This document shows, piece after piece, positions 49,126-60,930 of a DNA stretch of 64,000 bases (position 1 is the stretch's first letter; each line of letters begins with the position of its first letter). The stretch covers positions 15,626,001 to 15,690,000 of the forward strand of contig NC_086109.1 in the NCBI RefSeq assembly GCF_963921235.1, written 5' to 3'. The notes under the pieces are model-generated. The model was not told the DNA's origin and ran no database searches. It saw only the letters and a program-made list of their open reading frames with translations. This DNA comes from Mobula hypostoma (taxonomy: Eukaryota). A program made the translations under genes and the position numbers.

Positions 49126-51184
49126 CATACTCAGTCCTGAGGAAGAGTCTCAGCCCGAGACATCGACTGTTTACTCTTTCCATAGATGCTGCCTGGCTTG
49201 CAGAGTTCCTTCATCATTGTGTGTGTGTTGTCTGAACACAAGGTCTGCTTTTGTTGTTCTCATATTGGTGCATGAATGGTCATATTGGTCATATTGTGCA
49301 CCTGAAGACTTGAGATGGTTTCAAGCTGTGTAAATTGTCGACTTGTTATGGAATTTCCAAGGGTTGAATTTCAGTATGATGTCGAGGTATTTACCTCAAT
49401 ATACATATCTGATGCCTAGTCGCTTTACTTTCAGCATCAATCTTTGCAAACTCCTTCGATATTGCAAAGACTAGAAACCACTGCTATATCACCTACCAGG
49501 AACCAGACTTAAAAGGTAATTAATTGGACAGAAAATAATACAAAATAAAAATATTATCTGTAATAAATCATCTCTGCACCATTATTTAATGTCAATATAT
49601 TTTATATATTTTTATTACGTATAAAATATTTACATATATTTACGTACTTTCATTTTGGTGCATTTCCCATTCTACAAGCAACCATTATTAATACTAAAGC
49701 AACCAAAGGCTTTGTTTCATTCTTGTCAATTACTGAGCATATGAATTGCACTCTATAAATGCAAGTTTATTCTACAACCTACAATTAATGATAATGAATT
49801 GCTGTCAGAGACCAGCTTATGAAAACCTTTCAGCTACAAGTTCAAATTCTATTTCAGCACATTTCCAATATATAACCAACTGATAAACTATCAGAGTACA
49901 TTAAATTTCTATGGTAATTGAAGTTTAATATTTGTTAAACTTTAACCGATACTCCAAGTGGATTATGGAAATTAAACTGTTTCCAAACCTTTATTTTCTG
50001 GCTTTCAATATCAATGCATCAACGCCATGCTCTAAGCAATTCTTGAAGCTACAATTTTTATTCTGGGACACATAAAAGCACAAAACATTGAATCTTCAGA
50101 ATAAGCATCGTGTTCATTATTTTGCTGTCTAAAATGATGTCAGGAATAGGTAATAAAATTTAATCTTTGTTGTATTTTCTATGATGAAAAAAACTTTCCA
50201 TATTGTCACTACACCTGTTGAAAATGATGAAGCAAATGATAACCAATTGGGCTGGCTGAAAAAAGGTCAGGTGATGACCACAAAACTTTTGCAAAGAGCC
50301 TGAAAGCATATACACCAACCTCCTGGACAGCTTCTATCCCACCATTGAACACTGTTAACTATTGACAGTTTCCTAGTACGATAACGACAGCTACCGTCCT
50401 GTTGTTTTAGAAGACGGTTGAGTGGTTCCTTAGTATGATAAAGCAGAATCAGATATAATATCACTGGCATATGTTGTAAACAGTACAATGCAATACATAA
50501 TAATAGAAAAAAATTGTGAATTATAGTAGCTGTATATATTAAATAGTCAAATTAAACAAGTAGTGCAAAAATAGAAATAAAAAAGTAGTGAGATAGTGTT
50601 CATGGGGTTAATGTCCATTCAGAAATCGGATAGCAGAGGGGAAGAAGCTGTTTCCGAATCATTGAGTGTGTGCCTTCAGGCTTCTGTACCTCCTACGTGA
50701 TGGTGGCAATGAGAACGAAGCATGACCTGGGTGATGGGGGTCCTTAATGATGGACACCGCCTTTTTGAGGAATCACTCCTTGAAGATGTCTTGGATACTA
50801 TGGAGGCTAGTGCCCACGATGGAGCTGACTAAGTTTACAACTCTCTGCAGCTTGTTTCAATTCTGTGCAGTAACCCCTCCATACCAGACAGTGATGCAGC
50901 CAGCTACAATGGACTCTTGACCTTACAATCTACCTTGTTATGACCTTACAACTTAGTGTCTTACTCCGTAACTGTAATGCTTTTTCTTCACAATTGCTGT
51001 TTACCTTGTACTATCTCAAAGCACTGTTGTAATGAACTGATCTGTATGCAAGACAAGTTTTTCATTATATCTCAGTACGTGACAATAAACCAATTTACCG
51101 ATGTAAACACGGACTAGTTTGAATTCGACAAAATCGATTGCTTGAAGCTAATCATTGAGTATAGTAGATTGCTCATCATGTCTT

Positions 51185-51650
51185 AGCTAAGAAAGGACAT
51201 ACTGGCATTGGAGAGGGTCCAGAGGAAGTTCACGAGAATGAATCCAGGAATGAGGAGTCTTTGATGACTCTGGGCCTGTACATGCTGAAGTCTGGAAGAA
51301 AGAAGGGGGATCTCATTGAAACTTATCAAATATTGAAATGTCTAGATAGAGCATGTTTCCTATAGTGGGGGAGTCTAGGACTAGAGGGCACAGCCTCAGA
51401 ATAGAAGGATGTCACTTTATAACAGAGATGAGGAGGAATTTCTTTAACCGAATTGTGATGCATCTTTGGAATTCATTGCCACAGACAACTGTGAAGGCCA
51501 AGCCACTGGGTATATTTAAAGTGGAGGTTGATACTTTCTTGATTAGTAAAGACAAAGGTACAGGGAGAGGGCAGGAAATAATAAATAGGCCGTGATGGAA
51601 TGGTGGTGAAGACTTGATAGGCCTCTTTCTGCTCTTGTGTCTTAAGGTCA
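51185..51650 (+). mobile_element. CR1 LINE 3' fragment
   Basis: MFPIVGESRTRGHSLRIEG..RRNFF..LWNSLP. Confidence 0.8.
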
Positions 51651-51774
51651 TCCCTAAGTGCCTTTGATTGGGTAATGGTGAGCCTTGAACTGCTTAAACT
51701 CATCTTGAACTGCTGCTGTGCTTCTGATGAAATATTTCCCACAGTCTTTGGATTTCACAGGCTTGAACCCAGTG

Positions 51775-52016
51775 ATGGGGGAAGAAAGAAGAGTGACATA
51801 TCAGAAAATGGAATAGCATTTTTACAGGAGACAGGGTGGGAAAAGATACAAGTCAAGAAAGCTGTGGGAATCGGTAGGTTTATAAAAAGGTGTCTATAGA
51901 CAGTTTGTCTCCAGAGATGGAGACAGAGAGATCAAGAAAGCGAAGAGAGGTGTTAGGTATGGACCAAGTGAATTTAAGGGCAGCGTGGAAAAGTTGAAGA
52001 AATTGACGAGGTCAGC
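51775..52016 (-). pseudogene. Penelope-like reverse transcriptase fragment
   Basis: Minus strand translates ALKFTWSIPNTSLRFLDLSVSISGDKLS..KPTDSHS..KNAIPFS, typical of the PLE RT C-terminal region. Confidence 0.75.
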
Positions 52017-55000
52017 AACAGTATAACTGGAATTTGCATGGTCCTTTTAAGATCCATGATTCAAATTTATTTACCATGCGTACATTGAAATATACAGTGA
52101 AATGCATTGTTAACAACCAAAACACCCAAGGGTGTGCTAGGGGCAGCCCACAAGTGGCACCACACCTTCTGATGCCAAATACATATCAAATAATAAGACA
52201 TCCCAAAGTGTTTTCTGGGAGCATTGTTGAACAAAACCGGACCACATCACAAGTACAGGATTAGGATGAGCACTCCCAAAAGCTTGGCAAATATTAACTT
52301 GTATAATCAAGGATAAGGAGGATTCATCTTGGGCCCAACTTATTGATACAATCACGAAGATGGCTCAACTTCATTAGGAGTTTAAAGAGATCTGGTGCAT
52401 CACTAAAGACTCATAAATTTATATACATGTACAGTGGAGAGCAGTCTGACTGGTTGCATCACAGCTGGGTATGGAGGATCCAATGCATCGGGTCACAAGA
52501 GGCTGCAGAGGATTGTTTACCTTCTCAGCTCCATCACAGGCCAAGGACATATTCAAGAGGCAGTGCCTCAAGAAGGCAGCATCCATCATTAAGGACCCTC
52601 ACTGTGCAGGATATGCCCTCTTCTCATTACTACCATTGGGGAGGTGGTACAGGAGTCTCAAGACCCACACTCAACAATTCGGCTTCTTCCCCCATGCTGC
52701 CCCCAGCACACCCTTCGGTGTTCTGGTTGTTAACAATGCATTTCACTGTATGTTTCAAAGCATGCATGATAAATAAACTTCAATCATGAATCTTAAAAGG
52801 ACCATGCAAATGCCAGTTATACCCACGCTGACCTCGTCAATTTCTTCAACTTTGCCTCTAACTTCCACACTGCCCTTAAATCTGAACGATCCATGAACCC
52901 ATGATCAATACTTTGTTATTCCTTTTTATTTTGCATTATTTATTTATCTTTGTAATTTACAGTCATTTTATGTCTTTGCACTGTATAGCTGCGGCACAGC
53001 AGTAACTTTCATGTCACATAAATCGTGGTAATAAATCTGATTCTGATATAGATAATTTAAGCTGCCACAGAAAACCAGGAATGTATAACCAACTTCCAGA
53101 AGAGTGACGCCTCAGGAATAGCACAGGTACATGATTAACAGATTGAGGTAAACTCAGTAAATCTGAAGATCTCAATTACACAAAAAGTTAAGGAAAATAC
53201 ACTGGTGGTTAGTTAGAGTCATGTCTTGAGATGCTTGTGGTCATTAGAGATCAATCATCCCAGCCCTATACATCACAGCAGGAGTTCCTCATTGTCCTGA
53301 AACCATCCTATTTGATTGGAACTGCTGCTTACCAGTCGAAATCTTCATGCCCTACACCACACAACTGCAAAATGCACCGTACTTATTCTGCTACTCTAAT
53401 CCAACAACACATTGCAAACCACAGCTTCTATCACCAAGGCTGACAAGCAGAAACCAACATGGGATTTTCACCATCTGTAATTTTCTCTCAACTTCAAGTT
53501 CAAGTTTATTGTCATCTGATTGTACAAATATACAAGCAAATAAAACAACGATCTTCCAGACCACAGTACATCCAAAATACATCTACCACACAAAGCACAT
53601 GCAACAAAATATTACCATAAGTTTAAAAAAATATAATTCAAAATGCATGCTAAGTGTGCAGCAAAGGTAATCCAGTAAACAGTGAGCAGCTCACTGTCCT
53701 AGTGACGAGACCTCAGTGATGGCAGGGTACTCATTTGACTCACAACCTGGGGGAAGAAGCTGTTACCCAGTCCTGATGCTTGTGTACCTTCTCCCTGATG
53801 GTAGGTGGGTTAAAGAGATTGTAGGATTGGTGGTAGGGATCTTCATCAATTCTCAAGTTTCATACTATGCTGAGCCTGTAATACACCACAGTTCCTTCAT
53901 TATTGCTGGGCGTAAATCTGGGACTCCCAAACCAGTAATCTGTGGGAGTACTTTCAGCAAGACCTCAGTGGTAGAGCTGGTGGAAGATGAAGACACATCA
54001 CAATGGTAGTGAAGGTGAAGGATGGTTGCAGTAGTGAAGGGTCTGCAGTCATCTCGCTCTCCATGCCAATGGACAGTGCGATGGCTGCCTGTGCATCAAC
54101 ATCCCCAAGTTAAGCCAAGTAATTAGCATGCATTCTCCATTAATGTAATCCACCATTACATCCCGGATTAAGTCCTGTGGTGATACTGGATTGGTGTCTA
54201 CAGCCACCCACCAATAGATAAACCCTTAGAAGAACATCACACTCGACCTGAGTGATCACTCTACTACTTCTACAACAACTACATTCCTTTCACCAGAAGG
54301 AACAGGCAGCAGTTCAAAAAGCAGGCCAGTTCGGCCTTCTTAGTCCTGTTAGAGAAGCCAAAGAAGAATTAAAACAGAACAACCACCCGTTTCGCCTTGT
54401 TCCCATTTGACATTTTCAAATTGGAAACATGAGAGATTCTGCAGATGCTGGAAATCCACAGCAACACGTACAAAATTCTGGAGAAACTCAGCAGGTCAGG
54501 TAGGACTCCATTCCTCTCCATTGGTGCTGAAATTCTTCAGCATTTCATGTATGTTGTTTTAACTGCCTTCTTCTGGGTTCCATATGAGCGTCAGGGTGAA
54601 TGCTCTGCCAGGCATCTATGGACAGAAGTGTATTAGTACGGTGGTTACCATCTACGGCTAACCAACCACGGCCTATGAATTCAAATTACTCGCAAGACAA
54701 AGTGAAAAATGGAAGTCACTCAGCCTTGATATTTGCAGACTGAAATGGGAAAATCGCAGGAAAACTGCATAATTGTTTTAAAATAAGACCATAAAACACA
54801 GGAGCAGATTGAGGCCATTCACCCTATCATGGTTGATTTACTATTCCTCTCCACCCAATTCTCCTCTCTTCTTCCTGTAACCTTTGACACTCAAAAACCT
54901 ATCAACCTCTGTTTTAAATATCCCCAAAATCTGGTCCTTCAGGATTTAATATGACACACATGAAAATTTCTTCAGAAAAAAACATCTCTCAAGCTTGCAG

Positions 55001-55789
55001 CCTCTATGACCTAGAAGAACTGTGTCACCACATGCAATTTCTCCGCCAAACCAGAGGGGGGAAAATGGAATTGTTCAGTTTAAGTACTGAACCTCCATCT
55101 CTGACTGTACTGTAAGCATGTACAAATATCACTGGAGAAACTCAGCAGGTCAGGCAGCATCCACAGTCTTTCTTCTACCTTCAGTACTGTGAGGACCATC
55201 TGTACAAGCTGTGAGTCAGTACAAGATTGTGGCACACTGTGACTTCCATGAGGCAGCTACAATTAATCGAGAAAAGCTGCTTTGCCAGTTGGTGCCCACA
55301 TCCAAAAAAAAAGGAATAATTTTAAAGTAACACATATTCTTACACCAATCAGTTGTCAAGGATTGGAGGGCATGGCCTCATAATACAAGGACATCCCTTT
55401 AGAACAGAGGTAAGGAGGAATTTCTTTAGCCACAGGATGGTGGTTATGAGGAATTCATTTGCACAGATGGCTGTAGATGCCAAGTCACTGGGTATATTTA
55501 AAGCGGAGACTGGTAGGTTCTTGATTAGTAAGGGCATCAAAGGTTATAGGGAGATGGCAGGAGAATGGAGTTGAAAGGGATAATAAATCAGCCACGATCG
55601 AATTGCGGAGCAGACTCAATGGGCCGAATGGCCTAATTCTGTTCCTACGTCTTCTGATCTTATGGTCAAAAGAATAATAGAATCCAAATATTGTCCAATT
55701 AATGTTACCACATAACAAAGTAAAGAAATTATCACTCAAGTGAAGTGATAAGCTAATTGAAGAACTGAAATTTTCTCAGAAACAGGAGA

Positions 55790-56910
55790 ACGTTTTGGGC
55801 CTTATATCTAAGTAAAGGTATGCCGTATTAGATGGTGCAAAGGAGGCTTATGGGAATGATCCCGGGAATAAAAGGGTTAACATATGTGGAGTATTTGATA
55901 GCTCTGGGCTTGTACTTACTGGAGATCAGAATAATGGGAGGTGGGGGTGGAGGAAATTGTTGCACGGGGCGACTGAGGAGAACCCAAGTGCAGGACACCG
56001 GCACGTCGACTGAGTTGGGGATGCTGGCGTAGACGTGAACGTAGAACAGCAAACCGGAGGAATCTTGACAAGGAGACGGGATCTACAGGGACCATCTTGA
56101 AACTAGAGCAGAACTTGGAACTAAACTTAGAAGTAACAGTTCTAAGCAGACGAGAAAACCAAGCATCACACAAGAATAGACCAACAAACTGGCAACCTGT
56201 GTAGTGACGCCATCATGCTTATTTCACAGTCTCTGATGCAAACCAGGTGCACTGTAATTAAGTAACCAGCAGCAATTGGAAATCTAATGGCTGAAATTAG
56301 GGCATAATCAGGGAGAAAGGAGTGTTAAAGGGAAACAACCAAACGGAACCATGACAAAAATCTCATTGAAATTGATTGAATATTGATAAGCCTACATATG
56401 AGTGGACATGGAGACGATGGGTGAGGATGTCTCCAATAGTGGAAGAGTCTAGCAACAGAGGGATCAGCCTTGGAATAGAAGAACAGATGAAGAGGAATTT
56501 CTTTAGATGGAGGATAGTGAATTCATGGAATACACTGCCACAAAAGGCAGTGGAGGCCAAGTAATTGGGCACGTTATAAGCGTAAGGTGATAGGTTCTTG
56601 ATTAGGTGACAGGAAAAAGGCAGGAGAGTGGGGTTGAGGGGGATAATAAATCAAAGACTCAAAGGTTCAAAGTACATTTATTATCAAAGAATGCATAAAT
56701 TATACAAGCTTGAGACTTGTCTGCTTACAGGCAGCCACAAGGCAAGAAACCCAAAAGAACCCAATTAAAAAAATAATTAAACACCCAATGTGGAGGGAAA
56801 GAGAAACAACACAAATCATGCAAACAATTGAAGTGGGTAGACAGCCATGATCGAATCGTGGAGCAGCCTCAGGTAGCCAAGCGGCCTGGTTCTGCTCCTC
56901 TGTCGTATGG
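55790..56910 (+). mobile_element. CR1 3' fragment split by a solo LTR and a Rex1-type tail
   Basis: VQRRLMGMIPG..LGLYLLE resumes as ctcattgaaa after 56361; second insert at about 56659-56835. Confidence 0.75.
55958..56356 (-). mobile_element. 399-bp solo LTR
   Basis: Minus strand tgtcatgg...gtgcaaca; flanks gaaat/aaaat; CpG-richer than the host; cleanly interrupts a CR1. Confidence 0.78.
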
Positions 56911-57214
56911 TAACAGTCTAGATTAAGAGGCCCACTCCTGACATTTTATTCACTGTTTACATCCACGACTTTATAACGGTATCCATATCAAGAGAAGGAG
57001 TTCCCAAAGCCAGTCTTACACTAAACTGTGGAAAGCAGAAAAACTGAAAAATTCAAAATATTAATTTACAAATCCCTCATTTCTATCGAATAGTGGATAA
57101 GTATATTTGGAGTGGGGTGGTGTGCAGGATGAAAAAAAAAACAGGCCACGCTCGGGGTGAAGGAGAATCACCTTATATTTCAAATGAATACCTTCTAACC
57201 TGATGGCATGAATA

Positions 57215-57580
57215 TTGATTACTCCTTCCAGTCATCAAAAACTCCCCCCACCACTCTATTCTACACTGATTTTTTACTTCTTCTCACCTGCCTATTATTT
57301 CCAAATTGGTCCTCTCCTTCTTCCCTTTCTCCTATTGTCCACTCTCCTCTCCTATCAGATTCCTTCTTCTCCAGCCCTTGACCTTTCCCACCCACCTGGC
57401 TTCACCTATCGCCTTCCAGCTAGTCTCTTTCCTCTCCACCCTCACCTTTTAATTCAGGCATCTCCCCCCTTCCCTCTCAGTCCTGAAGAGGGGTATTGGC
57501 CCAAAATGTTAACTGTTTAATCTTTTCCATTGATGCTGCCTGTCCTGCTGAGTTTCTCCAGCAATTTGTGTGTGTCGCTT
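57215..57580 (+). mobile_element. Penelope-like 3'/pLTR remnant with degenerate hammerhead
   Basis: Collinear with 4575-4940 and 41925-42195; cagtcctgaagaggggtattggcccaaaatgttaactg. Confidence 0.7.
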
Positions 57581-58241
57581 AGGATCTCTCATTTAGAATT
57601 ATGCACATAGTAATGAGGGATTTGAAGACAGAATTCTGTGATGAAATTGCCAGGAATATGGTTGACTCAATATCTTCTACAATACCTTTTAAAAGCACAC
57701 AGTGCAAAATCAGAATCAGAATCACTATTACAGAAGGAGGCAATGAATGAATCCTCACCATTACTTGAGAATCAGTCAGAATCGTGGAATCATTCAGCAC
57801 AGAACAGGCTCTTTGGCTCACTTTGTCCATCCTGACCATCAAATACCATCCCACTTACCAGCACTTAGCCTGTTGCCTTGGTGATTCAAGTGCTCGTCTA
57901 TATACTTAAAGTGTTATGAGAGTACCTGCCTTCATCACCCCATCAGGCATTGTGTTCCAGATTCCAGCCACCCTCTGGGTGGAAAGTCTTCCTCAGATCC
58001 ACTCAAAATGACTTAACTCTTACCCTAAAGCCATGTAGCAGCTTTCATTGGTCCAGAAGGGCCTGTTTTGTTTCTCTAAATAAAAATAAAATTAAAATAA
58101 ATTGAAGTTGAAGCTGGGGGGGTGGGGGAGAGAAATAGCAGTTGAGACTTGCATCTGAAGCTGTATAGCTGCCGTTGTCTAAACACTGAGAGAACCTACT
58201 GAGCCCCTCTGGCATCTGGCTCTATTTTTGCTTGGAGATGG

Positions 58242-58321
58242 TGTGGTAAACCATGTATATATGTTGTAACTCTCAGTATTTTACCAAAGCTCAGTCTTTT
58301 GGAGTAATTGAAGGTGCTTCA
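58242..58321 (+). repeat. 5' LTR, 80 bp (149-bp internal deletion)
   Basis: Equals 60702-60732 joined to 60882-60930 with one mismatch. Confidence 0.93.
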
Positions 58322-58343
58322 ATTTTATTCGCTGTACAATTGT

Positions 58344-60608
58344 TTCATTAAGTCGGAGGTGCAGCGGCTGCTCAGGGAGGGGGTCATTGAGGCAAGCACA
58401 AGTCCTTGGAGGGCGCAGGTGATGGTTGTTCGGAACAGGGAGAAGAATAGGATGGTCGTGGACTATAGCCAGACCATCAATAGGTTCACGCAGCTCGACG
58501 CGTACCCTCTACCCCGCATCGCGGATATGGTCAATCAGATAGCACAGTACAAGGTGTACTCGACCATAGACCTAAATCCGCTTACCATCAGCTCCCCATC
58601 CGCTGGGAGGACCGCCCTTACACTGTCTTTGAGGCGGACGGCAGGCTTTATCAATTCCTGCGCGTCCCCTTTGGTGTCACGAATGGTGTATCTGTCTTCC
58701 AGAGGGCAATGGACCGGATGGTGGACCAGTGCCAACTGAAGGCCACGTTCCCATATCTGGATAACATCACCACCTGCGGTCACGACCAGCAGGATCACGA
58801 CAACAACCTCCAAAAATTTCTCCAAGTGGCCAAATCTTTCAACCTCACCTATAACAAGGACAAGTGTGTATTTGGGACCACCCGACTTGCTATCCTTGGG
58901 TGTGTCGTGGAGAATGGAGTCATTGGCCCTGACCCCGACCGTATGCGCCCCTTGTTGGAACTCCCTTTTCCCAATACCCTCAGAGCCCTCAAAAGGTGCC
59001 TGGGCTTCTTTTCATATTACACCCAATGGGTCTGTAACTATGCAGACAAGGCCCGCCCCCTGGTCAAGTCCACCACCTTCCCCCTCTCTGCCGAGGCCCA
59101 CGCGGCCTTCAACCGCATAAAAGGGGACATTGCCAAAGCAGCAATGCATGCGGTGGATGAGGCCATTCCCTTCCAAGTAGAGAGTGACGCCTCCGACTTT
59201 GCGCAGGCTGCTACCCTCAACCAGGCAGGAAGACCAGTGGTGTTCTTCTCCCGTACCCTTCAAGGCCCTGAAATTCAGCACTCTGCGGTAGAGAAAGAGG
59301 CCCAGGCCATAGTGGAAGCTATAAGGCACTGGAGGCACTATCTTGCCAGCAAAAGGTTCACCCTGCTAACTGACCAGCGCTCAGTCACATTCATGTTTAA
59401 TAATCAGCAGCGGAGCAAAATCAAAAATGATAAAATTCTGAGGTGGAGAATTGAACTCTCCACCTACAACTATGACATACAGGCCTGGGAAGCTCAACGA
59501 GCCCTCCAATGCCCTATCCCGGGGAACATGCGCCAGCGCGCAGATCGACCGGCTTTTCCACTTCGTGAAAGCCCGGAACCTGCCTTACTCCTTTGAGGCG
59601 ATCAGGATAATGACCAGGGACTGCCAAGTCTGTGCAGAGTGCAAACCGCACTTCTACCAACCCGAAAAGGCACCACTCATCAAGGCCACCCGCCCCTTTG
59701 AGCGACTGAGTGTTGACTTTAAGGGCCCCCTTCCCTCCATCGACCGCAATGTGTACTTTCTTAACGTAATTGACGAGTACTCGTGGTTCCCCTTCGCCAT
59801 CCCCTGCCCCGACACCACTACCACGTCAGTTATAAAAGCCCTGCGCAAGCTCTTCACTCTGTTCGGATACCCATGCTATATCCACAGTGACAGAGGGTCC
59901 TCGTTTATGAGTGAAGAGCTGCGCCAATATCTACTGGCTAGGGGAATTGCAACCAGTAGGACCACGAGCTATAATCCCCGGGGGAATGGACAGGTAGAGA
60001 AGGAGAATGGCACAGTGTGGAAAGCCACACTCTTAGCCCTCAGGTCAAAGGGACTGCCGGTCTCCCGCTGGCAGGAGGTCCTTCCCGAGGCACTCCACTC
60101 CATCCGCTCCCTGTTATGCACAGCCACCAATGCCACCCCCCATGAGCAGCTCTTTTCTTTTCCCAGAAAATCGACCACTGGAACCACCCTACCATCTTGG
60201 CTGACGTCCCCGGGGCCAGTGCTGCTCCGGAAACATGCGAGGAGCAATAAATACTCCCCGATAGTCGAGAGGGTTCACTTACTTCATGCGAACCCCCAGT
60301 ATGCCTACGTGGTTTTACCTGATGGGCGGGAGAACACGGTCTCCATCCGCGACCTGGCACCCGCAGGAGCTCCGGGCCCCTACCCTGAACACTCCGTGGT
60401 GACTATTGACCCCGTACCCACCAACGTATGTACCTACGAGACACCGTGCACCCCAAACCCTATACAGACACCACACCACACTCCCATACCGGGCGCGACG
60501 CACACGCACGAGGGATTACCGACGCCTAACGTGCCGGTACCTGAAGTCAGGCCAGAGCCAGCACAACCGCCATCGCCGGTGCTACGTAGATCACAGCGAC
60601 GGACTTGA
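58344..60608 (+). pseudogene. pol: Gypsy pol remnant (RT, RNase H, integrase); gag and protease absent
   Basis: SPWRAQ, VDYSQTIN, YPLP, YLDN, DASD, EKEA, TDQ, VDFKGP, HSDRG, NGQVE with D-35-E spacing; frameshifts near 58575 and 59477. Confidence 0.93.
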
Positions 60609-60701
60609 CCGCCTGATAGACTTAACCTGTAAATATACTTCTTGTAAATATTGTCAGTCACTTCACCCTGCGGGACTCTTTTTAAAAAAAAAAGGAGTGA
60701 A

Positions 60702-60930
60702 TGTGGTAAACCATGTATATATGTTGTAACTCGGTTACCTGTCTGGACACAGCCCTCTGCTGACTGCCCCTGTGGCTCCTCCCACAGAGTCCTGTGTAAA
60801 GGTGTTCGCCTTGCCCCTCCCCCTCAGTCCAGGGGCAGACACTCACTGTGGAGGTCGTATTGTACAGCGAATAAAAGCCTTTCAGTATTTTACCAAACCT
60901 CAGTCTTTTGGAGTAATTGAAGGTGCTTCA
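60702..60930 (+). repeat. 3' LTR, 229 bp
   Basis: tgtggtaa...gcttca; AATAAA at 60870-60875; TCAGT initiator-like motif at 60824. Confidence 0.93.

Larger units (their letters stand above)
58242..60930 (+). mobile_element. Ty3/Gypsy LTR retrotransposon, internally deleted provirus
   Basis: Exact TSD gatgg (58237-58241, 60931-60935); TG...CA LTRs; RT-RNaseH-integrase order; purine tract at 60684-60701. Confidence 0.96.

Noticed and set aside
60360..60700. env or chromodomain after the Gypsy integrase
   Set aside because: Only a Pro/Thr-rich tail ending LRRSQR, then under 100 bp to the LTR; no motif or room for either
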